From an uncultured Pelagibacteraceae bacterium (GTDB taxonomy: Bacteria > Pseudomonadota > Alphaproteobacteria > Pelagibacterales > Pelagibacteraceae), in contig CACPEZ010000004.1 of NCBI GenBank assembly GCA_902633125.1, positions 18,143-82,142 on the forward strand: DNA of 64,000 nucleotides, given 5' to 3'. Under the pieces are notes generated by a model, which made no database searches, had not been told where the DNA came from, and saw nothing but the letters and a program-made list of their open reading frames with translations. Within the stretch, counting starts at the first letter, position 1; every line of letters begins with the position of its first letter. Both the position numbers and the translations under genes were made by a program. This document shows, piece by piece, positions 28,852 through 39,090 of the stretch.

Positions 28852-30180
28852 ATGTTTAAAAATATATTAATAACAATCTCTGCAATAGCTTTTGTTTTTA
28901 ATTCAATTGCATTTGCAGATATCAAATTCTGGACGACAGAAACTCAACCAGCAAGGATGGCTAAACAAGAAGAGATGGCAAAAGCTTTTGAAGCCAAAAC
29001 TGGAATTGGAGTTGAAGTTATCCCGATTGATGAAAAAGATTTAGGAACAAGAGCTACTGCAGCAGCTGCAGCAGGAGATCTTCCTGATGTAATTTATCAT
29101 ACATTGCAATATGTATTGCCATGGGCAGAAGCGGGAATTTTAGACGTTGATGCAAATAATGACATCGTTAACTCACTTGGAAAGAAAACTTTTGCTCCAG
29201 GTGCTTTAAAGATGGCTAAAAAAGGTGGCAAAATTGCAGCCGTGCCAGTAGATGGCTGGACGCAAATGGTTGTATACAGAAAAGATTTATTTAAAGCTGC
29301 TGGTTTAGAACCACCGACGACTTATGCAAACATCGAGAAAGCAATAGATGCTTTATCTAGTAATGATATGTTTGGATTTGTTGCGGCAACTAAAACTGAC
29401 GAAAACTTTATGAGTCAAGTTTTAGAACATGTCATGCTTGCAAACGGTGTAAATATTGTAAAAAAAGGTGGAACAAAAAAACAAGGAAGAGCTTTAAAGA
29501 ATTCTTTACAGTTTTATAAAAAATTAGCTAAGGCTAGCCCTCCAGGAGAACTTTATTGGAAACAATCAAGAGAACTTTATTTCGCTGGTAAAACTCCAAT
29601 GATAATATGGTCACCATTTATTATGGATGAATTAGCTGGTTTAAGAGACTCAGCTCCACCAACAATTAACAGTGATCCTACTTCACCAGAATTGGCATCT
29701 AAAACTGGTTTTATAACTAATTTTAGTGGACCAAATAATGTAAAAGGCGCAGCTTGGGCGGATGTTAGATACTTTGGTGTAACTGCAGATGCAGATACAG
29801 ATGAAGCTAAGCAGTTTATTCTTTATTCAATGGATGAAGGATATACAAGCACTTTATCTATAGCACCAGAAGGTAAGTTCCCTGTAAGAAGAGGTAATGC
29901 AAGTGATCCAAATGCATTTACAACAGCTTGGAGTAAACTGCCTGTTGGAGTTGATAGAAAAGCTCCTTTAACAGATCTATATTCAGCAGATGTAATAAAT
30001 AATATTGTTGCAGGTTTAGATACTGCTAATAGATGGGGTGTTAAAGAAGGTGAACTATCTAGAGCATCTAAAATTATCAACAATAAGTTTATAAATAGAA
30101 TCACTAGACAATATATTGACGATCAATTGACGCTAGATGAAGCAGTAGATGAAATTAATACTGTGCTAGCTAGCTTCTAG
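28852..30180 (+). CDS. Carbohydrate ABC transporter substrate-binding protein
   Basis: Signal peptide ending AFA, AAGDLPDV, YRKDLF-AAGL-PPTT (SBP family 1). GAGGGG RBS. Confidence 0.9.
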   Translation: MFKNILITISAIAFVFNSIAFADIKFWTTETQPARMAKQEEMAKAFEAKTGIGVEVIPIDEKDLGTRATAAAAAGDLPDVIYHTLQYVLPWAEAGILDVDANNDIVNSLGKKTFAPGALKMAKKGGKIAAVPVDGWTQMVVYRKDLFKAAGLEPPTTYANIEKAIDALSSNDMFGFVAATKTDENFMSQVLEHVMLANGVNIVKKGGTKKQGRALKNSLQFYKKLAKASPPGELYWKQSRELYFAGKTPMIIWSPFIMDELAGLRDSAPPTINSDPTSPELASKTGFITNFSGPNNVKGAAWADVRYFGVTADADTDEAKQFILYSMDEGYTSTLSIAPEGKFPVRRGNASDPNAFTTAWSKLPVGVDRKAPLTDLYSADVINNIVAGLDTANRWGVKEGELSRASKIINNKFINRITRQYIDDQLTLDEAVDEINTVLASF

Positions 30181-30194
30181 TAATTTAAAAAATT

Positions 30195-30231
30195 AAAAAA
30201 AGCGGGTAATATTAATTATCCGCTTTTTTTT
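30195..30231 (+). terminator. Intra-operon terminator/stabilising hairpin after the SBP gene
   Basis: A7-GCGGGTAAT-ATTA-ATTATCCGC-T8 directly abutting the permease ATG. Confidence 0.75.
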
Positions 30232-31491
30232 ATGAGTTCAAAACTTGCAAAAATTGAAAAAAGAACAGCTTATCTTTTAATATTACCATCAGTTCTTTTA
30301 GTATTTTCTATAATTTTATTTCCAATATTTTCTAATATTTGGATAAGTTTTAAAAATGTAGAGCTCAAAGATTTAAGAATTCCTGAACCAAGAGCAAAAA
30401 AATTAGTAAAATCAATTAATGATAATCCAAATCAAATAAAAGTAATTTATAAATTAAGAAATAGTTCTCTTACACAAGAAATTACTAATGTAAAATTTAA
30501 AGATAAATATCCAGATGATATCGAACCAATAAGTTTAAATAATAAATGTCAATTTAAATCAAATTTACTTAAGTGTGAGTTAGGTAATTGGCCAAAAAAA
30601 TACCGAGAAAATTTAGAAATAGTATTTCAAAATATTAATAATCAAGAAATTTCCAAGAAGGAACTAAAATCTTATAAGCCTAAACTATCAGGTAAGTCAC
30701 AAAATATATTATTAACTTATGAATTTACATTAAATAATTTCAAAAAAGTAATTAAAGACAAAGCTTTTATAGATCTATTATCAACAACTTTTTATTACAC
30801 TTTTTTTGGAACCGTAGGTGCAATAGTTTTTGGAATTTTAGCTGCACAAATGGTAAATCAAAAATTTTTTGGAAGAACATTTATGAGAAGTGTTCTTTTA
30901 TTTCCTTATGTTGCGCCAGTAGTTGCTCTTGCTTATACCTGGGAACTTTTACTTGATCCAACAAGCGGAACTTTGAATAATTTATTAATTAACTATCAAA
31001 TTATTGATGGACCAATAAATTTACTAGGACAAAAATATGTAACTTTAAACATACTTGGTTTTGATTTTAAATTGAGGCTAGCATTAACAACTGTAATTAT
31101 TTTTGAAATTTGGAGATATTTTCCTCTAGCATTTTTATTTATTCTTGCTCGTCTTCAAGCAGTTCCAAAAGAGTTGTATGAAGCAGCTGATGTTGATGGT
31201 GCAAATCCTATCCAAAAATTTCTTAATATTACTTTGCCCCAGATATTAGCAGTGATTTCAATTCTATTTATGATTAGATTTATTTGGAATTTTAATAAAT
31301 TTGAAGACATCTTCTTACTCACTGGCGGGGCATCAGGTACAAGAACACTGCCAATAAATGTATATCAACAAGGTTTTTCAATCGGGGATATTGGTATGGG
31401 TTCTGCAGTTTCTATTGTGATTGTAGTGTTTCTATTAATTTTTATGTTTATCTATTTTAAACTTTTAGGAAAAAGAGCTGATGAAAATTAA
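30232..31491 (+). CDS. Carbohydrate ABC permease (MalF-type) with large periplasmic insertion
   Basis: EAA motif ELYEAADVDGA, ITLPQI, NKFEDIFLLTGG. About 115-aa soluble insert after TM1. Confidence 0.9.
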   Translation: MSSKLAKIEKRTAYLLILPSVLLVFSIILFPIFSNIWISFKNVELKDLRIPEPRAKKLVKSINDNPNQIKVIYKLRNSSLTQEITNVKFKDKYPDDIEPISLNNKCQFKSNLLKCELGNWPKKYRENLEIVFQNINNQEISKKELKSYKPKLSGKSQNILLTYEFTLNNFKKVIKDKAFIDLLSTTFYYTFFGTVGAIVFGILAAQMVNQKFFGRTFMRSVLLFPYVAPVVALAYTWELLLDPTSGTLNNLLINYQIIDGPINLLGQKYVTLNILGFDFKLRLALTTVIIFEIWRYFPLAFLFILARLQAVPKELYEAADVDGANPIQKFLNITLPQILAVISILFMIRFIWNFNKFEDIFLLTGGASGTRTLPINVYQQGFSIGDIGMGSAVSIVIVVFLLIFMFIYFKLLGKRADEN

Positions 31492-32674
31492 AAATATATT
31501 TACTTATTGCTTTATCTCGTCTTTGTTTTTGTTTTCATTAATTTGTATTTGGAAAATCTTAGTTACATTGCAAGGAATTGAATTAACAAATTTTAATTTT
31601 AATAAATTATTTATATTTGGAATAATTCTTTGTGCAATAAATCTTCTTATTGGGAAAAAATTAAATTTAAATATTAAAATAATTTTACTAGCACTTTTAT
31701 TTTCTATCTTTGATTATTTCATTTCAACAAATTTACCTATTTGGTATAGTTTTGGCATATTCTTAATTTCATTATTTTTTTTCAATAATATTAAAGATTA
31801 CGACAAAAACTTTTTGTCAAAAAATCATTCCTCTCAAAAATTATTCTTTAATTTTTTAACATTATTTGGAATTACACTGTTCTCTTTTGTAATTCTTTTC
31901 CCTTTTTATATGATGTTAGTTACAAGCTTTAAAACCCAAGCATTGTTATTATTGAACCCATTAGACTTTAGTATTAACTTTGCACAAGGATTGCCAGAGT
32001 TGTTCAAATCTTATTTTATAGTATTTAAAGATTACAATTTTGGAAGATATATGCTAACGAGTACAATAGTCTCCTTAGGAACAGTCATTATAACATTAAT
32101 TTTTGCAATACCTGCTGCTTACGCAGTTGCAAGACTTAATTTCTTTGGAAAAAATTTTTTATCAACATCCATATTGATAATTTATTTGTTTCCAGCAATA
32201 GTTTTAGTGATACCTTTGTACACAATTTTTAGTCAACTTGGTTTAAGAAATTCTATTGAAGGTTTGTTAATAGTTTATACAGCAACGACTTTACCTGTAG
32301 CAATTTATATGTTGCAGGGTTACTTTAAAAGTATACCAAAAGAATTAGAAGAAGCAGGGATAATAGATGGTCAAAATTGGCTTGGTATAATTTTTAAAAT
32401 TATACTTCCGCTAAGTTTACCTGCAATATCATCGGTAGCCTTGTATGTATTTATGATAGCTTGGAATGAATTTTTGTTTTCATTAATGTTTTTAGACCGG
32501 CCAAATACATTCACATTATCAAGAGCTATTCAGTTTCTGAATGTTGGAGCTGAAACACCTAGACAATATTTAATGGCAGGGTCTGTAGTAGTAACTTTGC
32601 CTATTTTAATAATTTTTGTTTATTTTGAAAAATATTTAGTAAGCGGTCTCACCGCAGGAAGTGTTAAAGGATAA
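31481..32674 (+). CDS. Carbohydrate ABC permease (MalG-type) with N-terminal hydrophobic extension
   Basis: PFYMMLVTSFK, ELEEAGIIDG, AWNEFLF, GLTAGSVKG. Confidence 0.9.
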   Translation: MKIKNIFTYCFISSLFLFSLICIWKILVTLQGIELTNFNFNKLFIFGIILCAINLLIGKKLNLNIKIILLALLFSIFDYFISTNLPIWYSFGIFLISLFFFNNIKDYDKNFLSKNHSSQKLFFNFLTLFGITLFSFVILFPFYMMLVTSFKTQALLLLNPLDFSINFAQGLPELFKSYFIVFKDYNFGRYMLTSTIVSLGTVIITLIFAIPAAYAVARLNFFGKNFLSTSILIIYLFPAIVLVIPLYTIFSQLGLRNSIEGLLIVYTATTLPVAIYMLQGYFKSIPKELEEAGIIDGQNWLGIIFKIILPLSLPAISSVALYVFMIAWNEFLFSLMFLDRPNTFTLSRAIQFLNVGAETPRQYLMAGSVVVTLPILIIFVYFEKYLVSGLTAGSVKG

Positions 32675-33933
32675 TGCAAAATAAAGTAGAAGAGGCAAAA
32701 AAAATATTATTGGGTAACAGAAAAAATGGTTACACACTTCCTACTAATAATAAATTATATCCTGCTCAATGGAATTGGGATTCAGCTTTTATAGCGCTTG
32801 GCTATTCTTACTTTAATTTAGATTTTTCAATTATAGAAATTGAAACTTTGCTTAATGGTCAGTGGGACGATGGTATGGTACCCCATATTCTTTTTCATGA
32901 AAAAGACACATCTTATTTTCCAAATCACACAACTTGGCAATGTGGAAAAAATATACCTTCCTCTGGTATTACTCAGCCACCAGTTTTAGCCAGTATTTTG
33001 AGGAAAATTGTTGAAAAAAATCAACTTAGTAATGAACAACATTCTAGAATTGTAAATATAATAACAAAAATTAAAAATTATCATGATTGGTTCATAAAAT
33101 TCAGAGATCCTAATAAAACCGGCCTTGTATCCATATTACATCCTTGGGAGAGCGGGTATGATAATTCACCAATTTGGGATCAGCCAATGAGCAATATCAA
33201 AGTAGATAAAAACCTTAATTATAAAAGAAGAGATCTTGAAGTTTCAAACTCTGATGAGAGACCTTTAAAAACTGATTATGACAGATATGTAACTTTAAGA
33301 GATCAATTTAGAGATGTTCACTATGATCCACATAAATTGTATGAGATCTCTGATTTTAATGTAGTAGATGTTGGATTTAATGCTTTATTTTTGAGAGCAA
33401 ATAAAGATCTACTTAGCTTAGCTAAAAATTTTGATTTAAATTTTGATGATTTAAATAATTTTATATCTAAAACTGAAAATGAAATATTAAAATTATATGA
33501 TGATAATATTAATGATTTTGTCTCGAAAGATTTAAAAACTAACTTGAATATCGTTGTTCCATCAATAACAAATTATTTTACTCTCTACGCAAATTTACAA
33601 GATGATGAATTAAATAAAAAAATTATTAATAATTTAAAAAATCATAATATTAATGACAATTACTATTTCTCAACAATAAAACCAAATCATCCTTTATTCG
33701 AAGAAAAAAGATATTGGAGAGGTCCAATATGGATAAATTGTAATTGGTTAATTTATCAAGGACTTATTAAAAAAGAGCCAGAATATGCAAATGAAATCAA
33801 AAAAAAAACTTTAGAATTAATTGAAGAAAAAGGTTTCCATGAATATTACAGTTATAAAGATGGATCAGTTATGGGCGCAAATAATTTCTCATGGAGCGCA
33901 GCTTTATATTTAGACTTAGTTTTAGAAAATTAG
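32674..33933 (+). CDS. GH63-like (MGH1) glycoside hydrolase, mannosyl/glucosyl-glycerate hydrolase family
   Basis: LYPAQWNWDSAF, GMVPHI, SGITQPP, HPWESGYDNSP, YWRGPIW, FHEYY, FSWSAAL. Confidence 0.85.
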   Translation: MQNKVEEAKKILLGNRKNGYTLPTNNKLYPAQWNWDSAFIALGYSYFNLDFSIIEIETLLNGQWDDGMVPHILFHEKDTSYFPNHTTWQCGKNIPSSGITQPPVLASILRKIVEKNQLSNEQHSRIVNIITKIKNYHDWFIKFRDPNKTGLVSILHPWESGYDNSPIWDQPMSNIKVDKNLNYKRRDLEVSNSDERPLKTDYDRYVTLRDQFRDVHYDPHKLYEISDFNVVDVGFNALFLRANKDLLSLAKNFDLNFDDLNNFISKTENEILKLYDDNINDFVSKDLKTNLNIVVPSITNYFTLYANLQDDELNKKIINNLKNHNINDNYYFSTIKPNHPLFEEKRYWRGPIWINCNWLIYQGLIKKEPEYANEIKKKTLELIEEKGFHEYYSYKDGSVMGANNFSWSAALYLDLVLEN

Positions 33934-33942
33934 TTTAAATTT

Positions 33943-35277
33943 TTAGTTTTTATTTAGAAAAGTTTCAGATGAATCGTCCATTGCTTTTGCCCAAGCTGTA
34001 TGATGAACTGGAGCGACAGATCCTGTAACTGGAGATGAAAAAGATTTATTTCTATACGTTGATATATCTTCAACCTTATGATGTTCCCACTCTTTAAAAT
34101 GTTTTCTTATCAGCTCAAAATCTATTTTTGGATAATCCGACATATCATGCAATTCCTTTGTGTATTCAGTTTGAAAATCAATCATCTGATCAGGATTTTC
34201 CAGTTTTTCTTCTAAAGCAACCCATTTGTTAATATCTTTTTCGATTTCATCTCCACTTGGCAAATTTATTTTACCCATTATAACATCTCTCGCATACCAA
34301 GCTTGGCAATCAAACATATTAAATGTGTGAAACTGGTCTTGCATTCCTAGATACAAAAGTTTGTGATTATCCTGCCAAACAACACCTTTGTATAATTTTG
34401 GAGGATAAAGTCTGTTTCTTGTTTTAAGTTTTAAATTTTCTTCCAAAAAAGGAAAATGATGCAGGTAACCAGTACACAGTATTATTACATCTGCATCCTG
34501 TTCGGTACCATCTTTAAAAATTGCTTTTTTTCCTTCCAATCTATCTAAATAGAATACTTCTTTCATTCCTTCTGGCCATTTAAAACCCATAGGATTATGT
34601 CTGAAGCCAATTGTTACACTTTTTGCTCCATATTTATTGCATTGAAGTGCAATATCTTCTGCAGAATAACTACTTCCTAAAACTATAATATTTTTTCCTC
34701 TAAATTCTTCCGCATCTCTAAAGTCATGCGAATGCATTATTCTTCCAGGAAACGAACTCATACCTTTATATTCAGGTATAAAAGGAACTGAAAAATGACC
34801 AGTGGACACTACAACGTAATCAAAATGATCAGTTAAAATTTTATCATTTTCTTTATCTTGATAGCTAACTTCAAATTTATCTGATTTAAAAACTGTATTA
34901 ACTACTCTTGTATTAAATTTAATTTTATTTCTTAAATTTCCTTTACTTACTCTACTAGTTATATAATCATAAAGTACTTCTCTAGGTGGGAAAGATGGAA
35001 TTGGCTTACCAAAATGTTCATCAAAAGAATAATCTGCAAATTCAAGACACTCTTTAGGTCCGTTTGACCAAAGATATCTATACATGCTATTATGAACTGG
35101 ATCTCCATATTGGTCAGATCCTGTTCTCCAGCTATAATTCCAAAGACCTCCCCAATCACTTTGTTTTTCAAAGCAAACTATTTCAGGTATTTTGTCTCCT
35201 TTTTTCTCGGCATGTTCAAAAGCCCTTAGTATTGATAACCCGCAGGGTCCAGCACCGATAATAGCGACTTTAGTCAT
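33943..35277 (-). CDS. tmm: Trimethylamine monooxygenase (bacterial FMO)
   Basis: GAGPCG, WGGLWNY-WRTG, SMYRYLWSNGPKECLEF, FMO motif FPGRIMHSHDF, GSSYSAED. Confidence 0.92.
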   Translation of the reverse strand: MTKVAIIGAGPCGLSILRAFEHAEKKGDKIPEIVCFEKQSDWGGLWNYSWRTGSDQYGDPVHNSMYRYLWSNGPKECLEFADYSFDEHFGKPIPSFPPREVLYDYITSRVSKGNLRNKIKFNTRVVNTVFKSDKFEVSYQDKENDKILTDHFDYVVVSTGHFSVPFIPEYKGMSSFPGRIMHSHDFRDAEEFRGKNIIVLGSSYSAEDIALQCNKYGAKSVTIGFRHNPMGFKWPEGMKEVFYLDRLEGKKAIFKDGTEQDADVIILCTGYLHHFPFLEENLKLKTRNRLYPPKLYKGVVWQDNHKLLYLGMQDQFHTFNMFDCQAWYARDVIMGKINLPSGDEIEKDINKWVALEEKLENPDQMIDFQTEYTKELHDMSDYPKIDFELIRKHFKEWEHHKVEDISTYRNKSFSSPVTGSVAPVHHTAWAKAMDDSSETFLNKN

Positions 35278-35353
35278 GATAATTTTTCCTCTACAATTAA
35301 AATTATAAATATATTGTACTAAGAAAAATAGAAAAATTAAATATTATTTTAAT

Positions 35354-36511
35354 ATGAAAACTAATTGGAATTATCCTACTACAATTTGGGTTGGAGAGAA
35401 TAGAATTCAAGATTTAGGTCTAGCATGTAAAAATTTGAAAATTGATAAACCATTATTTGTCACAGATAAGGATTTAATTAATCTAAAAATGGCTCAAGAT
35501 ATTATTTTAGATTTAAGAAAAACCTTTAATCATCTTCAAGTTTTTTCAAATTTTTCAGGTAATCCTTTAGGCGAGAATGTGGAAGAGGGAGTAAGGGAGT
35601 TTAAGAAATTAGGTTGTGATGGAGTTATTGCATTTGGTGGTGGCAGCGGTCTTGATGTAGGTAAAGCTATTGCTTTTATGTCAGGACAGTATAGACCAAT
35701 ATGGGATTTTGAAGATGTAGGTGATTATTGGAAAAGAGCAGATGAAAATAACATTGCACCTATCATTGCTGTACCCACTACAGCAGGGACAGGTTCAGAA
35801 ACTGGAAGAGCATCAGCTATAATCAATAAACAAACAGGTATAAAAAAAATTATTTTCCACCCGAAATTTTTACCTTCAATTGTAATTTTAGATCCTAATT
35901 TAACTTTAGATCTTTCTCCAAGATTGACTGCAGCGACAGGTATGGATGCTTTGGCACACAATTTAGAAGCTTTTTGTGCGTCTGGATTCCACCCGATGGC
36001 TGATGGAATTGCGATTGAAGGAATGAAGTTAATTAAAAACTCATTAATTAAAGCAGTTAAGAATGGAAAAGATTTAAATGCTAGAGCAGAATTATTAGCT
36101 TCAGCTAGTATGGGTTCTACCGCTTTTCAAAAAGGGCTTGGCGCTATTCATTCTTTAAGCCACCCTATTAATGCCCAATTTAATGTTCACCACGGTTTAT
36201 CAAATGCTATCTTTATGCCTTATGTATTAACTTTTAACAAAGAAATGATTGAAAAAAAGATAATTTCTATATGTGATTATCTCGAACTCGATAAAAGTTT
36301 TGATAGTTTTTTAAACTGGATTTTAGAACTAAGAAAAGAATTAAATATACCACATAAATTATCAGAAATTGTTGATGTAAATAAAATAAATTTAGAAAAG
36401 TTATCAGTTATGGCATTAGAAGATCCATCCACTTCTACCAATCCAAGGACAATGAGTAAGGATGACATGAAAGCACTTTATGAACACAGTATTTCAGGTA
36501 AATTATTCTAA
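35354..36511 (+). CDS. Iron-containing alcohol dehydrogenase
   Basis: GGGSGLDVGK, PTTAGTGSE, GMDALAHNLE, AIHSLSH, HHGLSN. Confidence 0.92.
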   Translation: MKTNWNYPTTIWVGENRIQDLGLACKNLKIDKPLFVTDKDLINLKMAQDIILDLRKTFNHLQVFSNFSGNPLGENVEEGVREFKKLGCDGVIAFGGGSGLDVGKAIAFMSGQYRPIWDFEDVGDYWKRADENNIAPIIAVPTTAGTGSETGRASAIINKQTGIKKIIFHPKFLPSIVILDPNLTLDLSPRLTAATGMDALAHNLEAFCASGFHPMADGIAIEGMKLIKNSLIKAVKNGKDLNARAELLASASMGSTAFQKGLGAIHSLSHPINAQFNVHHGLSNAIFMPYVLTFNKEMIEKKIISICDYLELDKSFDSFLNWILELRKELNIPHKLSEIVDVNKINLEKLSVMALEDPSTSTNPRTMSKDDMKALYEHSISGKLF

Positions 36512-37293
36512 TGAAAAGAATTCTTATAGTTGAGGGTAATCTTAGAGAAGAAAATCAAAGCTTTACTGATGGTGGAATTAAAACTCATACTGAAAGTTTA
36601 AAAGACAGTATTAGTTATTTTACAGATCAATTAGATATTGATGTTGTTAATCCTTCTTCGGATGAAAACATTAACGAAGTAGCTAAAGATTTAACTAAAT
36701 ATAATGGAATGATATGGGGTGGTAGTAGTTTAAATATTTACAATGATACTCCTGAAATAAGAAGACAAATAAATTTTATGAGGGAATGTCAAAAGAATAT
36801 AAAAAATATATTCGCAATTTGTTGGGGAATGCAAGTTGCTGTAACGGTTGCTGGTGGAGAAGTAAAGAAATGCCCTAATGGTGCTCATAGAGGAATAGCT
36901 CATGATATAGAAATAAACGAAAACGGCCTTAAACATCCGCTTTATAAAAATAAAAATAAAAAATTTAATACCCCTGCATTTAATTTTGATGAAGTTGTAA
37001 AATTACCTGAGGGCTCTACATTACTTTCATCAAATCCAATAAATAAAGTCATGGGTATAAATTTTAATGTTGGTTCAACGAATGTATGGGGAATTCAATA
37101 TCACCCAGAGATCACTTATGCTAAAATGATAAGCTTAATTCATTTTAGGAGAGATCGACTTTTAGAAAAAAAAGCATTTATTGACCAAATGGAAATAGAC
37201 TCTCATGTAAAAATTATAGAAGATGAAAATAAAATTTCAAATAAAGATGCAAGGATGAGAGAATTAGAAAACTGGCTAAATAATTTAAATTAG
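36511..37293 (+). CDS. Class I glutamine amidotransferase-like protein (stand-alone)
   Basis: Nucleophile elbow AICWGMQ, catalytic QYHPE, WGGS oxyanion strand. Confidence 0.88.
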   Translation: MKRILIVEGNLREENQSFTDGGIKTHTESLKDSISYFTDQLDIDVVNPSSDENINEVAKDLTKYNGMIWGGSSLNIYNDTPEIRRQINFMRECQKNIKNIFAICWGMQVAVTVAGGEVKKCPNGAHRGIAHDIEINENGLKHPLYKNKNKKFNTPAFNFDEVVKLPEGSTLLSSNPINKVMGINFNVGSTNVWGIQYHPEITYAKMISLIHFRRDRLLEKKAFIDQMEIDSHVKIIEDENKISNKDARMRELENWLNNLN

Positions 37294-38969
37294 AACAAGC
37301 CTTCTATTTCACCTTTTTCATTAAGCTTAATAGAGTCTGCTGCAGGAACTCGAGGAAGTCCTGGCATTGTCATGATGGCACCGCATATAACAACAATAAA
37401 TTCTGCACCTGAAGATAATCTTACTTCTCTAATTGGTAATGAATGGCCTGTTGGAGCACCTTTTGCATTTGGATCAGTAGAAAAACTATATTGTGTTTTC
37501 GCTACACATATAGGTAAATTTCCATAACCCGCTTCTTCAAAAGATTTTAATTGATCTTTTATTTTACTGTCAGCAACAACTTCGTTTGCTCGATATATTT
37601 CTTTTGCAACAGTTTCAACTTTCTTTAGTAAAGGTGTTTTTTCATCATATAAAAATTTAAAATTTGCTTGTTTTTGATCAATTAAATCTACAACATGTGT
37701 GGCAAGTTCTTTTGTTCCTTCACCACCATTTGACCAATGAGTACATAAAGTAGCTTTAACTCCCATATTATCACAAGCATTTATTAACTCTTTTACTTCA
37801 TTATCAGTATCGGCAACAAAATGATTAACAGCAACCGCTACCGGTAAACCAAATTTTTTTACGTTTTCAATGTGTCTTTCCAAATTTACCAAACCTTTTT
37901 TTAACGCGTCTACATTTTCATTTTTTAAATCATCTTTAGCTACACCGCCGTGCATTTTTAATGCTCTAATTGTTGCAACAATAACTACACACTCAGGTTT
38001 TAAATTTGATTTTCTACATTTAATATCTAAAAATTTTTCCGCTCCTAGGTCTGCTCCAAATCCAGCTTCAGTTACAACATAATCAGCTAGTTTTAAACCT
38101 GCTTTAGTTGCTATTACAGAGTTACAACCGTGCGCAATATTTGCAAAAGGACCACCATGAATAATTGCTGGATTATTTTCTAAAGTTTGAGTTACATTAG
38201 GTCTAATTGCTTCTTTCAACAAAACAGTCATTGGTCCATGAGCATTTAAATCTTTTGCAAAAATAGGCTTTCTATCTCTAGTATAAGCAACTGTAATATT
38301 ACCTATTCTCTTTTCCAAATCTTCAAGATCATTTGCTAAACAAAAGATAGCCATTATCTCAGATGCTACTGTAATATCAAAACCATCTTCTCTTGGAAAA
38401 CCATTCGCAACTCCACCCAAATTAATATTGATAGATCTTAAAGATCTATCATTCATATCCATAACTCTTCTCCAGACTACTCGTCTTACATCTATGTTTA
38501 ATTTATTTCCCCAATAAATATGATTATCAATTAACGCTGACAATAAGTTGTGAGCAGATGTAATTGCATGGAAATCTCCTGTGAAATGTAAATTGATTTG
38601 TTCCATTGGAACAACTTGAGCATATCCTCCACCTGCTGCTCCACCTTTCATTCCAAATGAGGGACCTAAACTAGGTTCACGTAAACACACTATAGAATTT
38701 TTACCAATTTTATTTAATCCATCATTTAAACCAACTGACGTAGTAGTTTTTCCCTCACCTGCAGGAGTTGGTGTAATAGCAGTAACTAAAATTAATTTTC
38801 CATTTTGTTTATCTTTTAAACTATCTAAATATTCTAAATTTATTTTAGCAATATGACGTCCCATAGGACTAAAAGCACTTGGTTCGTCTGGAACATTAAT
38901 TTTACCCAAAATCTCATTTATGGGTTTCATTTTTGCTTCTCGTGCAATTTGGATATCTGATTTTGACAT
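37290..38969 (-). CDS. fhs: Formate--tetrahydrofolate ligase
   Basis: [68 protein letters not shown]. Confidence 0.98.
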   Translation of the reverse strand: MSKSDIQIAREAKMKPINEILGKINVPDEPSAFSPMGRHIAKINLEYLDSLKDKQNGKLILVTAITPTPAGEGKTTTSVGLNDGLNKIGKNSIVCLREPSLGPSFGMKGGAAGGGYAQVVPMEQINLHFTGDFHAITSAHNLLSALIDNHIYWGNKLNIDVRRVVWRRVMDMNDRSLRSININLGGVANGFPREDGFDITVASEIMAIFCLANDLEDLEKRIGNITVAYTRDRKPIFAKDLNAHGPMTVLLKEAIRPNVTQTLENNPAIIHGGPFANIAHGCNSVIATKAGLKLADYVVTEAGFGADLGAEKFLDIKCRKSNLKPECVVIVATIRALKMHGGVAKDDLKNENVDALKKGLVNLERHIENVKKFGLPVAVAVNHFVADTDNEVKELINACDNMGVKATLCTHWSNGGEGTKELATHVVDLIDQKQANFKFLYDEKTPLLKKVETVAKEIYRANEVVADSKIKDQLKSFEEAGYGNLPICVAKTQYSFSTDPNAKGAPTGHSLPIREVRLSSGAEFIVVICGAIMTMPGLPRVPAADSIKLNEKGEIEGLF

Positions 38970-39090
38970 AAATCTAATTACTTATTAATGAGCAGAATTA
39001 CTATCCTTTTTTGTCACGTATTTAAACATCTAAAAAATATATATAAAAAAAATTAGCAAAAACTTATATTTAATTTTATAAAACTTACGG

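Noticed and set aside
26692-33933. Mobile element / genomic island boundaries around the sugar cassette
   Set aside because: No integrase, transposase, tRNA or flanking direct repeats seen, and composition looks like the rest of the window.
38970-39090. Possible riboswitch (glycine, THF, SAM-V) upstream of fhs/soxB, also checked at 55204-55307 and 21337-21477
   Set aside because: The gaps are short and AT-rich, and I could not find the conserved aptamer motifs or stems. An Rfam/Infernal scan would settle it.
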